A stretch of 32,000 nt of DNA from Aciduliprofundum boonei T469 (GCF_000025665.1 NC_013926.1:630001-662000), one strand, 5' to 3'; counted from the stretch's first letter, positions 9,091 to 18,006 are shown. Numbers and translations are program-made. The notes: a model not told the origin generated them from the sequence alone.

Positions 9091-10327
9091 GCATGCTTAT
9101 TCTATACCTATAGGTCCATTGCATCCGGCGATTCATGAGCCTATCACATTAAAGATAGATGTAGAGGGAGAGAGAATTGTAGGGGTAGATGTTTTTTGTT
9201 CTCAGGTTCATAGAGGAATAGAATGGATCGGTATGAATAGAAATAATCCTATCCAGAGTATATATTTGGCTGAAAGAGTATGCGGTATATGCAATATATG
9301 CCATCCTTTCTGTATGGTTCAAGCGGTTGAAGATGCAGCAGGTATATCCCCACCAGAACGGGCTGATTATATCCGCACCATAATGGCTGAATTGGAAAGA
9401 ATTCATTCGCATCTTCTGTGGGCAGGGGTTGCAGCTCATGAAATTGGGTTTGATACTGTATTCCATTATACTTGGGCACTAAGAGAAAAAGTTATGGATC
9501 TTATCGAGTATCTCTCAGGAAATCGTGTTACCAAAGCAATAATGATGATTGGTGGAGTTAGAAGGGATATAAGCGAGGAAGGAAAGAGAAAGATAAAAGA
9601 AGGGATGCAATACTACATGGAAAAGTTCGCAAAGATTGAGGATATATACTTAAACGATCCAACTATTAGAATGAGAACCAGGGATGTGGGTATACTTACA
9701 AGAGAAGATGCCTTGAAACTTTGTGCAGTTGGACCGGTTGCCCGTGCATCTGGTGTACCTAAGGATGTACGTCAGGATTTCCCATATGGGGCTTATGCAG
9801 ATTATGGAGTAAAAGCGATCACTCCTGATATGTATAATGGAGAAACCCATGGTGATGTATTTGATCGAATAATAGTAAGACTTCTTGAAGTCAAGCAGAG
9901 TGTAGAAATAATAAAATGGGCTGTGGATAATCTTCCTCAAGGACCTATATTGGCTGAGAAAAATTTGGTAAGGTTAAAATTGCTTCTAAAAAAGGCTGAA
10001 GGTGAAGGAATCGGGAGAGTAGAGGCACCAAGGGGTGAGGATATACATTATGTTAGGCTGGAGAAAGGTAAAGAGCCCTATCTCTCTTGGAAAATACGGG
10101 CTCCTACATATAATAATGTACTTCCTTGGATCCCTATGCTTCTTGGGGGGCAGATTGCAGATGTGCCTATCGTAGCTGCTTCCACAGACCCCTGTATGTC
10201 TTGTTTAAATCGTGTTACTGTGGTGGATGAGAAAGGAAAGAAATATGAGATTACGAAAGAATATATGCATAAGTTAAGTGTAAGAAAAACAAGGAGGTTG
10301 ATGCGTAATGGTTCAAGTAGGACTTGA
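9083..10327 (+). CDS. mbhL: Mbh subunit MbhL (group 4 [NiFe] hydrogenase large subunit, NuoD-like)
   Basis: Both Ni-Fe binding motifs are intact: N-terminal RVCGICNICH and C-terminal DPCMSCLNR. A 37-aa C-terminal tail follows. The N-terminus IPIGPLHPAIHEP is typical. Confidence 0.92.
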   Translation: MSEHAYSIPIGPLHPAIHEPITLKIDVEGERIVGVDVFCSQVHRGIEWIGMNRNNPIQSIYLAERVCGICNICHPFCMVQAVEDAAGISPPERADYIRTIMAELERIHSHLLWAGVAAHEIGFDTVFHYTWALREKVMDLIEYLSGNRVTKAIMMIGGVRRDISEEGKRKIKEGMQYYMEKFAKIEDIYLNDPTIRMRTRDVGILTREDALKLCAVGPVARASGVPKDVRQDFPYGAYADYGVKAITPDMYNGETHGDVFDRIIVRLLEVKQSVEIIKWAVDNLPQGPILAEKNLVRLKLLLKKAEGEGIGRVEAPRGEDIHYVRLEKGKEPYLSWKIRAPTYNNVLPWIPMLLGGQIADVPIVAASTDPCMSCLNRVTVVDEKGKKYEITKEYMHKLSVRKTRRLMRNGSSRT

Positions 10328-11324
10328 GGTTGTATGGTATATTGCCGCTACATTCTTGATTATTCTTTTTGCAATACCCTTTGGATTGCTTACCAAGGGT
10401 ATTGATAGAAAACTGGCAGCGCATATGCAATGGAGAGTAGGTCCTCCCATATGGCAGCCTTTCTGGGATGTTAAAAAACTGTTTCAGAAGGAGACCATAG
10501 TGCCAGATGATGCGATTTCCTGGCTCTATAATGCTGCACCAATTCTTTGCCTTGCTTCTACGGTAATCATTTTACTTTATATCCCATTGGGACCGTTTTC
10601 TCCAGTACTGAATGGCCATGGAGATGTAATTTTAATTCTCTATCTTCTAACAATACCATCACTTGCAATGGTAGCCGGTGGTTTTGCATCTAGTTCTCCT
10701 TTTGCATCTGTGGGAGCGCAGAGGGAAATGGTTCTTATGATGTCCTATGAATTCCCCTTGGCAGCCACGGTAATTGCTCTGGCATGGAAGATATCCTCTT
10801 TGTTCCCGCATGAGGCAGTATTTTCTCTCACGGCTTTTGTAAAACATCCTGTATGGAATATTATGGGGCCCTTCGGAATAGTTGGGGCCGTCATACTTCT
10901 CATAGTGTTGCTTCTTGTGACAACAGGTGAGATAACCAAGGTGCCCTTTGATATAGCAGAGGCGGAAACTGAGATCGCGGAAGGTGTGTTTGTGGAATAT
11001 TCCGGTAGAAATCTGGGATTGTTCTATCTTGCAGATGCTGTGAAAACGGTGGTAATGTCTGCACTTATAGTTGCCATATTCTTCCCCTACAATCTCTCAC
11101 CCCTTCTAATGCCCTATATATCCATGCCGTGCTGGGGATGGGCTATTGTTGACTTCCTATTCTTCCTTTTAAAACTGGAGATAGTGATATTCTTCTGCAT
11201 GACATTCATCAGAGTTTCTGTGGCAAGATTCAGGGTGGACCAGGTGGTCAAGGTTTACTGGGGATATCTTACACTGGCTTCGTTGATTGCCCTTATACTA
11301 ATAGCCTTAGATGTGATGTTGTGA
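10308..11324 (+). CDS. mbhM: Mbh subunit MbhM (NuoH-like membrane subunit)
   Basis: 338 aa, about 8 TM, NuoH/HycD-like (RKLAAHMQWRVGPP, FDIAEAETEIAEG). A strong SD AGGAGG lies at 10292-10297. It overlaps the mbhL tail by 20 nt. Confidence 0.88.
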   Translation: MVQVGLEVVWYIAATFLIILFAIPFGLLTKGIDRKLAAHMQWRVGPPIWQPFWDVKKLFQKETIVPDDAISWLYNAAPILCLASTVIILLYIPLGPFSPVLNGHGDVILILYLLTIPSLAMVAGGFASSSPFASVGAQREMVLMMSYEFPLAATVIALAWKISSLFPHEAVFSLTAFVKHPVWNIMGPFGIVGAVILLIVLLLVTTGEITKVPFDIAEAETEIAEGVFVEYSGRNLGLFYLADAVKTVVMSALIVAIFFPYNLSPLLMPYISMPCWGWAIVDFLFFLLKLEIVIFFCMTFIRVSVARFRVDQVVKVYWGYLTLASLIALILIALDVML

Positions 11325-11333
11325 GGTGATAAA

Positions 11334-11780
11334 ATGATGTTTTTTAAAGTTTTGAAATTGCTTCTAAAAAAACCATTCACCAACAAATTCCCTGTGAAAT
11401 ATGCACCTAAAAATACGCTTGGCTTGGTAGAAAAGGTTCAGAAGGGGGAAGTAAAAATTAATCCCCCTGTCGCTACTCCTCCCGGTTTCCGTGGTAAATT
11501 AGAATACGATATAGATGAATGCGTTGGATGCGGTCTCTGTGCCCAGGTTTGTCCTTCTCATGCCATAGAACTGGTAAGGGATAAAAAGTGGATTATAATG
11601 CACTGTAAAGAGGGTGCAAAATTGGCAGCCCCTCTGAAAATAAAGATCTATGTGTCTCGATGTGTTTTCTGTGGTCAGTGTGTTGATGTCTGTCCTCGCA
11701 AATGCCTAAAGATGAGTGATGAATTTCTTTTAGCGAATGAGGATAAATTGGCAGAGGATTTAATAATTCCTGGTCCTTGA
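11334..11780 (+). CDS. mbhN: Mbh subunit MbhN (NuoI-like 2x[4Fe-4S] ferredoxin subunit)
   Basis: Two cluster motifs are present, CVGCGLCAQVCP and CVFCGQCVDVCP. It is the last gene of the mbh operon. Confidence 0.88.
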   Translation: MMFFKVLKLLLKKPFTNKFPVKYAPKNTLGLVEKVQKGEVKINPPVATPPGFRGKLEYDIDECVGCGLCAQVCPSHAIELVRDKKWIIMHCKEGAKLAAPLKIKIYVSRCVFCGQCVDVCPRKCLKMSDEFLLANEDKLAEDLIIPGP

Positions 11781-12500
11781 AATTTTTTCTGCTATTTTTT
11801 TCATATCCTCCCCAAAATCCGTTGTGAGAATATGTTTAGGTTTTCCTATGAGTTTGTCAATCTCCGGGTCAAATCGTACTTCTCCCAAGTATCTCACACC
11901 CATCTCCTCTGCAATCTTTTTGAGAGTGCTTGTATTCCTAACCATGTTTTCGATAAGTCCTAAGATATTCATTTTTTGCTCAATAAGTAAAGAATGAATC
12001 TTTTGCACTACATTCATTGTAAGGGGTGATGGGGAACCTACAACAATAAACTCTCCTCTTTTCAAGAATCTAAGTATATCCAAAAGTTGGTCACCCATTC
12101 CTGGAGGCATATCTATTATAAGAAAATCTAATGTGGACCATCTTGTTATTGCCATGAGTTCTATGAGTGCGTTGCTTATTTCTACGCCTCGGAGAGGTGT
12201 TGCTTTATCTTCAGAATAAAAAACTATGCTCATAAATTTAATTCCCTCAACATCTGGAGGAATCACGCCCTTTTTCTCTTCGGGAAGTTTGGAAATTTCT
12301 GCATTTAAAATTATGTGTGCACTGGCCCCATGAAAATCTAAGTCTAATAAACCCACCTTGTATCCCATTTCTTTCAAGATTAAAGACAAAGTGGTAGATA
12401 CTAATGATTTTCCTACGCCACCCTTCCCGCTTACAACAGGGATTATCCTTTTAATACCTTTTGTTCTCTCATCTATGGCCTTTACTCTGGGATCTATCAT
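11760..12500 (-). CDS. Mrp/MinD(ParA)-family P-loop ATPase next to hypA; likely the Mrp/MinD-type HypB nickel-insertion partner
   Basis: Carries the deviant Walker A GKGGVGKS. The 246-aa protein contains no cysteine, so it lacks the CxxC of Fe-S carrier ApbC/Nbp35. It starts 4 nt after the hypA stop. Confidence 0.75.
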   Translation of the reverse strand: MIDPRVKAIDERTKGIKRIIPVVSGKGGVGKSLVSTTLSLILKEMGYKVGLLDLDFHGASAHIILNAEISKLPEEKKGVIPPDVEGIKFMSIVFYSEDKATPLRGVEISNALIELMAITRWSTLDFLIIDMPPGMGDQLLDILRFLKRGEFIVVGSPSPLTMNVVQKIHSLLIEQKMNILGLIENMVRNTSTLKKIAEEMGVRYLGEVRFDPEIDKLIGKPKHILTTDFGEDMKKIAEKISRTRNY

Positions 12501-12504
12501 CTTA

Positions 12505-12912
12505 TCATTCCTCCACTACTATTTCAGAGATATATACTCCTCTACCTTTCACGACTTCAAAATCTCTGCTGCCACATTTTGGGCAGGATAAGAAAGTGTG
12601 AACAACTTCAGGTACGAAATGTATATCCTCTCTCATCTCTGCATTCAATTTATTTTCTACATCCTTTAATTTCCAGGTATGACCACAGTCCCTGCATTTG
12701 AAAATTGCTTCTTCTTCACTAAAAGAGAACTTTGCATCTTTGGCTATGGTGTCTTTCTTCATTTCATTCAAGGCAAACTCCACGATTTCTTTTTCTACAT
12801 CTTGTAATTCCCCAAGGATTATGGTGACACCCTTTATACTCTTAGCATTATGTTTTTCTGCAAATTCTATAGCTGTTTTTAATATTCCTTCTGCAAGGGC
12901 CCATTCATGCAT
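12505..12912 (-). CDS. hypA: Hydrogenase nickel incorporation protein HypA
   Basis: Has the MHEWALAE N-terminus (MHE nickel site) and a zinc site formed by CRDC ... CPKC. 135 aa. Confidence 0.92.
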   Translation of the reverse strand: MHEWALAEGILKTAIEFAEKHNAKSIKGVTIILGELQDVEKEIVEFALNEMKKDTIAKDAKFSFSEEEAIFKCRDCGHTWKLKDVENKLNAEMREDIHFVPEVVHTFLSCPKCGSRDFEVVKGRGVYISEIVVEE

Positions 12913-12924
12913 TTTTTAAACCTC

Positions 12925-13944
12925 CTAACAAACTCTAGGTACGGGATCGCCTATAGGTCTTTCTATAAATCTTTTACCTCCTATTTTTGTTTTTATTATT
13001 ACCTTACCAGGATATTCTCTAATAACTCTTCCAATAATCGCAGCATCTTTCCCATTTTTATTCTTTCTCATCGCTTCAATTGCATCATCCTGGTATCCAT
13101 CAGCTACAATCATCACGACCTTTCCTTCATTTGCCATGATAAATGGCGAGATACCAAGCATCTCACTAGCTGCTTTTACAGAGGATTTTATGGGGACAGA
13201 TTCCTCATCAATTTCTATACCGACATTGGCTTTTGATGCCATTTCATTAAGAGCCTCACTTAATCCACCTCTTGTAGGATCTTTCATAGCATGAATATTT
13301 TCCCATCCGATACATTTTGCTACATCTTCAATAAGGCTCCATAAAGGAGAAACATCGCTCACCAAAGAAGTTTCAAAATCTATGCCTTCGCGTTTACTCA
13401 TTATAGCAAAACCATGCTCGCCAATTCCTCCATTTATGAGAACGAAATCTCCTACTCTGGCTCCAGAATCTCTCACAATTTTATCTGCCTTTCCTATTCC
13501 AGCGGAAATCGCAAATATCCCTATTTTGTCCTCTACAACCTTTGTATCTCCTGTTATTATCGGAACAGGAACATCTTTTCCAGTTTTATCAATAGAAATC
13601 ATTATGTTTTTTAGGCTATCCATTGAAAAACCATCTTCAATAATTAGAGATATTGCCAGAGCAAGAGGCTTTGCACCCATAACTGCAAGGTCATTAACGG
13701 TTCCACTAACCGCAAGTTTTCCAATATCTCCACCTGGGAAAAAGATGGGTTTTACAGTATGGCCGTCAATGGTGAATACAATATCTTCTCCATCGAGGCT
13801 TATGGTAGCTCCATCATCCAAATCATCAAGAGAGACCTTCCCTGCACTTCTAAGAGTTATGTTATCCAAGATGATCTCTTTTATTAATCTCTCCATAGCT
13901 TCTCCACCTGCACCATCAACCATTCTTATCCTATCCAATTTCAT
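12925..13944 (-). CDS. hypE: Hydrogenase maturation protein HypE (carbamoyl dehydratase)
   Basis: 339 aa with an AIR-synthase-like fold. The C-terminal PRVC corresponds to the conserved PR(I/V)C thiocyanate-carrying cysteine. Confidence 0.92.
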   Translation of the reverse strand: MKLDRIRMVDGAGGEAMERLIKEIILDNITLRSAGKVSLDDLDDGATISLDGEDIVFTIDGHTVKPIFFPGGDIGKLAVSGTVNDLAVMGAKPLALAISLIIEDGFSMDSLKNIMISIDKTGKDVPVPIITGDTKVVEDKIGIFAISAGIGKADKIVRDSGARVGDFVLINGGIGEHGFAIMSKREGIDFETSLVSDVSPLWSLIEDVAKCIGWENIHAMKDPTRGGLSEALNEMASKANVGIEIDEESVPIKSSVKAASEMLGISPFIMANEGKVVMIVADGYQDDAIEAMRKNKNGKDAAIIGRVIREYPGKVIIKTKIGGKRFIERPIGDPVPRVC

Positions 13945-16231
13945 CCCTCCTTACATATCCATTTAGATATAAACCTCCAATATATGCCTGTCCCACACTG
14001 ATTCCATTATCTCCCCGAGGGACCTCGGTTGTAGATATGAAATTATATCCTTTTCCTTCTATGATTTTCCTCATTTTGCCCATGATTATTTGATTATACG
14101 CCACACCGCCACTCACTCCTATTTTTTTTATCCCTCTTTCTTCGGCGTAATATATTGCAGCATTTGCCAGAGTCTTGGCTAAGGATGTATGAACACTATA
14201 TGCAATATTCTTTTTACTTCCCCTTGTATTTATAATTTGAGGAAGTAACTGATGAACTTCTATCCCCTTATTCCATGGTATTTTGAATTCAAGATCCTGG
14301 CCACCCATTGCTATACTCTCCAGCTTCATAGCAGGTTCACCTTCGTAGGTTCTTTCATAGGATACATTGAGTAGTACAGATACAGCGTCTAAAAGCCTTC
14401 CTGTAGAGGATGTATATGCAACATTTATCTTCTTCTGCAATTGTTTAAGAATTAAATAGAGCTCTTGTTTCCCATATTTTAATGTATTTACTGCATCGGG
14501 ACATCGATCTTTTACAATCTTTTCGATCTCCTCCTCATCATAGGATATTGAAAGAAGACCTATTAATGAGCGAATGGGATAATACGCGGCTAAATCTCCG
14601 CCAGGTAGAAGGTAATAACTTATATGCTCTAACCTTTTAATTCCCGAGTTTGAAATCTCTATTATCTCTCCTCCCCAGGTGTTTCCATCTAATCCATATC
14701 CCACGGCATCAATGGCTATGCCTATTATCTCATCAATATTTGCCTCAGCCATTATGGATGCAATATGGGCAAAATGATGCTGGACTTTTAATACTTCCAC
14801 ACCCATTTCCTCACCCAATTTATCTCCAAACTGTGAGGTGTTGTAAAGGGGGTGGGAATCTCTTATAACTAAATCCGCATCATTGATGTTTAAAAGAGAT
14901 CGAAATCTATTCAAGGCTATTTGAAAAAAGTCCATAACTTCTACCTTCGAAGTGTTGCCTATGTACTGACTAGGATATATTTTTTCATTTTTAATAATAG
15001 AGAATGAGTTCATAAGCTCGGCACCCATGGCGATACCATTATACCTTAATGTTTTTCCAACGGGAAGTGGTACAAATCCCCGAGAGCGCCTTATCACTGC
15101 TCTTTTCCCATCAACGAATCTTACAACACTATCATCAACGCGATTTACTATCCTTCTATTATGAATCAAGAAATAATCTACTGCATCTTTTATTTCTTGA
15201 ATTTTATCGTTATCCTTTATCATAGGAAAATCGGGATAATTTGCAGAGGTCATCACATAAACATCACTTTGCGAATGGTGGAAGAGAATATAATGCAAGC
15301 CAGTATAAGGAAGCATAACACCAATTGTGTGCAATCCGGGAGAAAGGTTATCTGGTAAGGGGAATGGATCCCTCTTTTTCAATAATGTTATGGGTCTCCT
15401 GTAACTATTTATTTCCTCTTTCTCCTCATCATCTATTATAGCAAATTCTTCAATCGTATTGAGATCCCTTGCCATTATCGCAAAGGGCTGCGCCTTTCTC
15501 CTTATCCTTTTTCTCAGTTCTCCAACTGTTTCATCATTTCTAGCATCACACGCTATGTGAAAACCACCGATGCCTTTAATAGCGATTATATATCCTTTAT
15601 CGATTAGCACTGCTGCATTTTTTAATGGTTCACCAGGAATTTGAACATTATTTTTATCAATTAAAACATACTGTGGACCACAGTTCTCGCAGCATATGGG
15701 CTCTGCATGGTATCTTCTATTTAGTGGGTCTTCGTACTCTTCTCCGCATTTTTCACACATGGGGAAATCCTTCATAGATGTATTATCCCTGTCGTATGGC
15801 AAATCCTCTATAATGGAGAATCTTGGTCCGCAGTTTGTACATACAATAAATGGATACATGTATCTTCTATCTGTTGGATTGAACAATTCTTTAAGACAAT
15901 CATCACATATTGCCACATCTGGTGGTATTATTGAATTGCCCTCTCCTTTTATTCTGGAGCTTCCCTCTATCTTAAAATCTTTGAAATTTCGTGGGGGAAT
16001 ATATTCATAGTTAATTTTCTGTATTCTTGCTAGAGGCGGGGCTTTGAGTTTTAAATCTTTTATAAAATTCTCTATATTTATATCACTTCCCTGCACGACG
16101 ATCTCAACACCAGCATCGCCAAGATTCTTTACATATCCTGTCAATTTATTGGTGTGGGCAATTCTGTATATGAATGGTCGGAATCCTACGCCTTGGACAA
16201 TTCCGTTCACTTTTATTTTCACGCATTTCAT
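13931..16231 (-). CDS. hypF: Carbamoyltransferase HypF
   Basis: 766 aa with an acylphosphatase-like N-terminus (VQGVGFRPFIYRIA). Two zinc-finger pairs are present (CDDC..CTNC and CEKC..CENC), followed by YrdC-like and Kae1-like domains. Confidence 0.93.
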   Translation of the reverse strand: MKCVKIKVNGIVQGVGFRPFIYRIAHTNKLTGYVKNLGDAGVEIVVQGSDINIENFIKDLKLKAPPLARIQKINYEYIPPRNFKDFKIEGSSRIKGEGNSIIPPDVAICDDCLKELFNPTDRRYMYPFIVCTNCGPRFSIIEDLPYDRDNTSMKDFPMCEKCGEEYEDPLNRRYHAEPICCENCGPQYVLIDKNNVQIPGEPLKNAAVLIDKGYIIAIKGIGGFHIACDARNDETVGELRKRIRRKAQPFAIMARDLNTIEEFAIIDDEEKEEINSYRRPITLLKKRDPFPLPDNLSPGLHTIGVMLPYTGLHYILFHHSQSDVYVMTSANYPDFPMIKDNDKIQEIKDAVDYFLIHNRRIVNRVDDSVVRFVDGKRAVIRRSRGFVPLPVGKTLRYNGIAMGAELMNSFSIIKNEKIYPSQYIGNTSKVEVMDFFQIALNRFRSLLNINDADLVIRDSHPLYNTSQFGDKLGEEMGVEVLKVQHHFAHIASIMAEANIDEIIGIAIDAVGYGLDGNTWGGEIIEISNSGIKRLEHISYYLLPGGDLAAYYPIRSLIGLLSISYDEEEIEKIVKDRCPDAVNTLKYGKQELYLILKQLQKKINVAYTSSTGRLLDAVSVLLNVSYERTYEGEPAMKLESIAMGGQDLEFKIPWNKGIEVHQLLPQIINTRGSKKNIAYSVHTSLAKTLANAAIYYAEERGIKKIGVSGGVAYNQIIMGKMRKIIEGKGYNFISTTEVPRGDNGISVGQAYIGGLYLNGYVRRDEIG

Positions 16232-17311
16232 CTACTCACCAAACAATGAGCCATATTTGTAAAATATCTGGCAAGTACCTTCATATGAAACCATGCATGG
16301 TCCTATTGGGGTTTGAGGAGTGCATAGTCTTCCAAATAGAGGGCATTCATCGGGTAAAATTAGACCCCTAAGAACTTCACCACATCTGCATCCCCTTTCC
16401 AAATCAGGCATCTCAGGGATAGAAATATCTATATCACTTCTTATGTCCAGATTCTCGTATTTTTTCCGAAGAAATAATCCACTACTAGGAATAACTCCAA
16501 GAGCTCTCCATTTTGCATCTTTAATCTCAAAGAATTTCTCAATACTCTTCTGTGCGGGCACATTTCCCTCGTATTTAACCACTCTTTTATACTCATTCTC
16601 TATTTCAACCCTTCCCTCGTTGAGCATTTTAAGAAGCATATATATGCTTAAGAGCACATCTTCTGGTTCAAACCCAGAGATAACCTGAGGTACACCATAT
16701 CTTTTTGTGATGTAAGCCCATCCTCTCACTCCAATTATTGCAGATACATGACCAGGTGTTATAAGCCCGTCAAAAACTGTTCCGGCTTTTATTAGAAATT
16801 CTACCGCAGGGGGCGTGAGCCTGTGTACTGAGTATATTTTGAAATTTTCCATATCATTCTCCCACACATCATTTAATATTCCTGCAGTGGGGGCGGTAGT
16901 AGTTTCAAATCCTGGAGAGAAATGAACTACTGTCTTTTTGGTTTTTTGAGCGATTTTATATGCATCGTAGATGGAGTATACAATCCTGACATCATGGCCG
17001 GAAGCTTTAAAATCCGCAAAACTTCCCATAGGAGTTGGAATGCGATACATATCCCCAAAGGTTGTTATAATAATATCCTTTTTTTTAGCAATTTCCATCA
17101 TCTTCACTATATCTTCTACTGGAGTTATGCATACGGGGCATCCTGGACCAGCTACTATCTTAATATTCTTTGGGAGTATAGGCCTAATCCCACCTTTGTT
17201 GATGGTGTCTTCATGAGTTCCACAAACATCCATAAAGGTGACTATTTTATCTATTTTTTTAGCCTCTTTAAAGATACCCTGTATAATTTTTTTAGCTGTA
17301 TTATTACTCAT
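16232..17311 (-). CDS. hypD: Hydrogenase maturation protein HypD
   Basis: Carries CGTHE, GPGCPVC and PGFETT motifs plus a C-terminal Cys cluster. It abuts hypF and has an ATGA overlap with hypC. Confidence 0.93.
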   Translation of the reverse strand: MSNNTAKKIIQGIFKEAKKIDKIVTFMDVCGTHEDTINKGGIRPILPKNIKIVAGPGCPVCITPVEDIVKMMEIAKKKDIIITTFGDMYRIPTPMGSFADFKASGHDVRIVYSIYDAYKIAQKTKKTVVHFSPGFETTTAPTAGILNDVWENDMENFKIYSVHRLTPPAVEFLIKAGTVFDGLITPGHVSAIIGVRGWAYITKRYGVPQVISGFEPEDVLLSIYMLLKMLNEGRVEIENEYKRVVKYEGNVPAQKSIEKFFEIKDAKWRALGVIPSSGLFLRKKYENLDIRSDIDISIPEMPDLERGCRCGEVLRGLILPDECPLFGRLCTPQTPIGPCMVSYEGTCQIFYKYGSLFGE

Positions 17312-17532
17312 TCCAGATCCCCTTCTAAAATCTCATCCCATGCTTCTATACTCTTTTTTGCCGACTCCTCATCCATTTTCTCAATGGCAAATCCAGTGTG
17401 TACAATTACATAATCCCCCTGCTTGACATCAGGAACGAAATCTATTCTTGCTTCTCTACGTACTCCACCGTAATCCACTATTGCAACCACTCCACGAATT
17501 TCCACTATTTTTCCTGGAATTGCAAGACACAT
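17308..17532 (-). CDS. hypC: Hydrogenase assembly chaperone HypC
   Basis: 74 aa beginning MCLAIPGKIVEI, with the essential Cys2. Confidence 0.92.
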   Translation of the reverse strand: MCLAIPGKIVEIRGVVAIVDYGGVRREARIDFVPDVKQGDYVIVHTGFAIEKMDEESAKKSIEAWDEILEGDLE

Positions 17533-17566
17533 TAAGAATGGAATGGCATAATACCTAATAAATATT

Positions 17567-17577
17567 ACGATATTCGT
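17567..17577. promoter_or_regulatory. Perfect palindrome ACGATATTCGT abutting the TATA-like box of the hyp operon promoter
   Basis: Reads as ACGA-N3-TCGT. A second box at 17595-17598 is 21 bp away. TATA-like AATATTTATTA on the gene strand lies at 17556-17566, and the hypC ATG at 17532. Confidence 0.4.
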
Positions 17578-17610
17578 TTTTTAATTTATTAAAATCGTTT
17601 TTAAATGATG

Positions 17611-17616
17611 AAAAAA
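17611..17616 (-). terminator. Oligo-T tract (T6 on the minus strand) immediately after the ArsR stop
   Basis: The plus-strand AAAAAA at 17611-17616 reads TAGTTTTTT on the gene strand. Confidence 0.3.
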
Positions 17617-17964
17617 CTATTTTATCATACACTTATCAATAAAGAATTTGCCTTTTTTGGAGATAGAATATATAATGTAATTTCCGAGTTTTCTGCTTTT
17701 TATTAATCCAGCATCCTTTAAGATTTTGAGATGGTATGAGAGTTTAGAGTAGGATAAACCTGTAATTTCTTTTATGAGGCACACGCAAGACTCCTGAATA
17801 TTTAAAAAAAACAGGATTTTTAGGCGGATCTCATCTGAAAGGGCATGATGTATAAATGCAATTTTTTTTATATCTTTTTTTGGGGGAATTTCTTTTATTA
17901 TCTTTTCGATACCTCCCTTTGCTTCAATTTCTTTCTTTATTTTTTCAGGTATTTTTTGAACCAT
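17617..17964 (-). CDS. ArsR/SmtB family metal(loid)-responsive transcriptional regulator
   Basis: The wHTH reads CVCLIKEITGLSYSKLSYHLKILKDAGLIKSRKLGNYIIYSI, with an ESCVCL motif resembling the ELCVCDL As(III) site of ArsR. The track ORF begins at a TTG (18012); I prefer the ATG at 17964 (MVQKIPEK). Confidence 0.8.
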   Translation of the reverse strand: MVQKIPEKIKKEIEAKGGIEKIIKEIPPKKDIKKIAFIHHALSDEIRLKILFFLNIQESCVCLIKEITGLSYSKLSYHLKILKDAGLIKSRKLGNYIIYSISKKGKFFIDKCMIK

Positions 17965-18006
17965 AATGCATAATCTGTGTGCATCTATTTCAACTTTTTT
18001 ATAGTG

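Noticed and set aside
9975-9991. A 17-nt exact repeat AAATTGCTTCTAAAAAA in mbhL (about 9975-9991) and mbhN (about 11354-11370).
   Set aside because: Both copies are in frame and encode the same KLLLKK peptide in unrelated protein contexts. A single short AT-rich match is plausible by chance and has no flanking similarity, so it is not a repeat element.
9083-10327. The possibility that the 14-gene cluster is an Mbx/Mbs-type sulfane-sulfur reductase rather than a hydrogenase.
   Set aside because: Both CxxC Ni-Fe ligand pairs (CGIC and CMSC) are intact in the large subunit, and a full hyp/hycI maturation set is present. Mbx/Mbs large subunits lack part of these ligands.
13382-13966. Long antisense ORFs opposite real genes. 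Examples are 194 aa opposite hypE, 182/187/113/101/78 aa opposite the OYE gene, 138 aa opposite the NifX-like gene, 163 aa opposite hypD and 121 aa opposite the NFACT gene.
   Set aside because: Their translations are low-complexity or Ser/Pro/Phe-rich with no recognisable motifs, while the opposite strand encodes proteins with clear family signatures. They are typical shadow ORFs.
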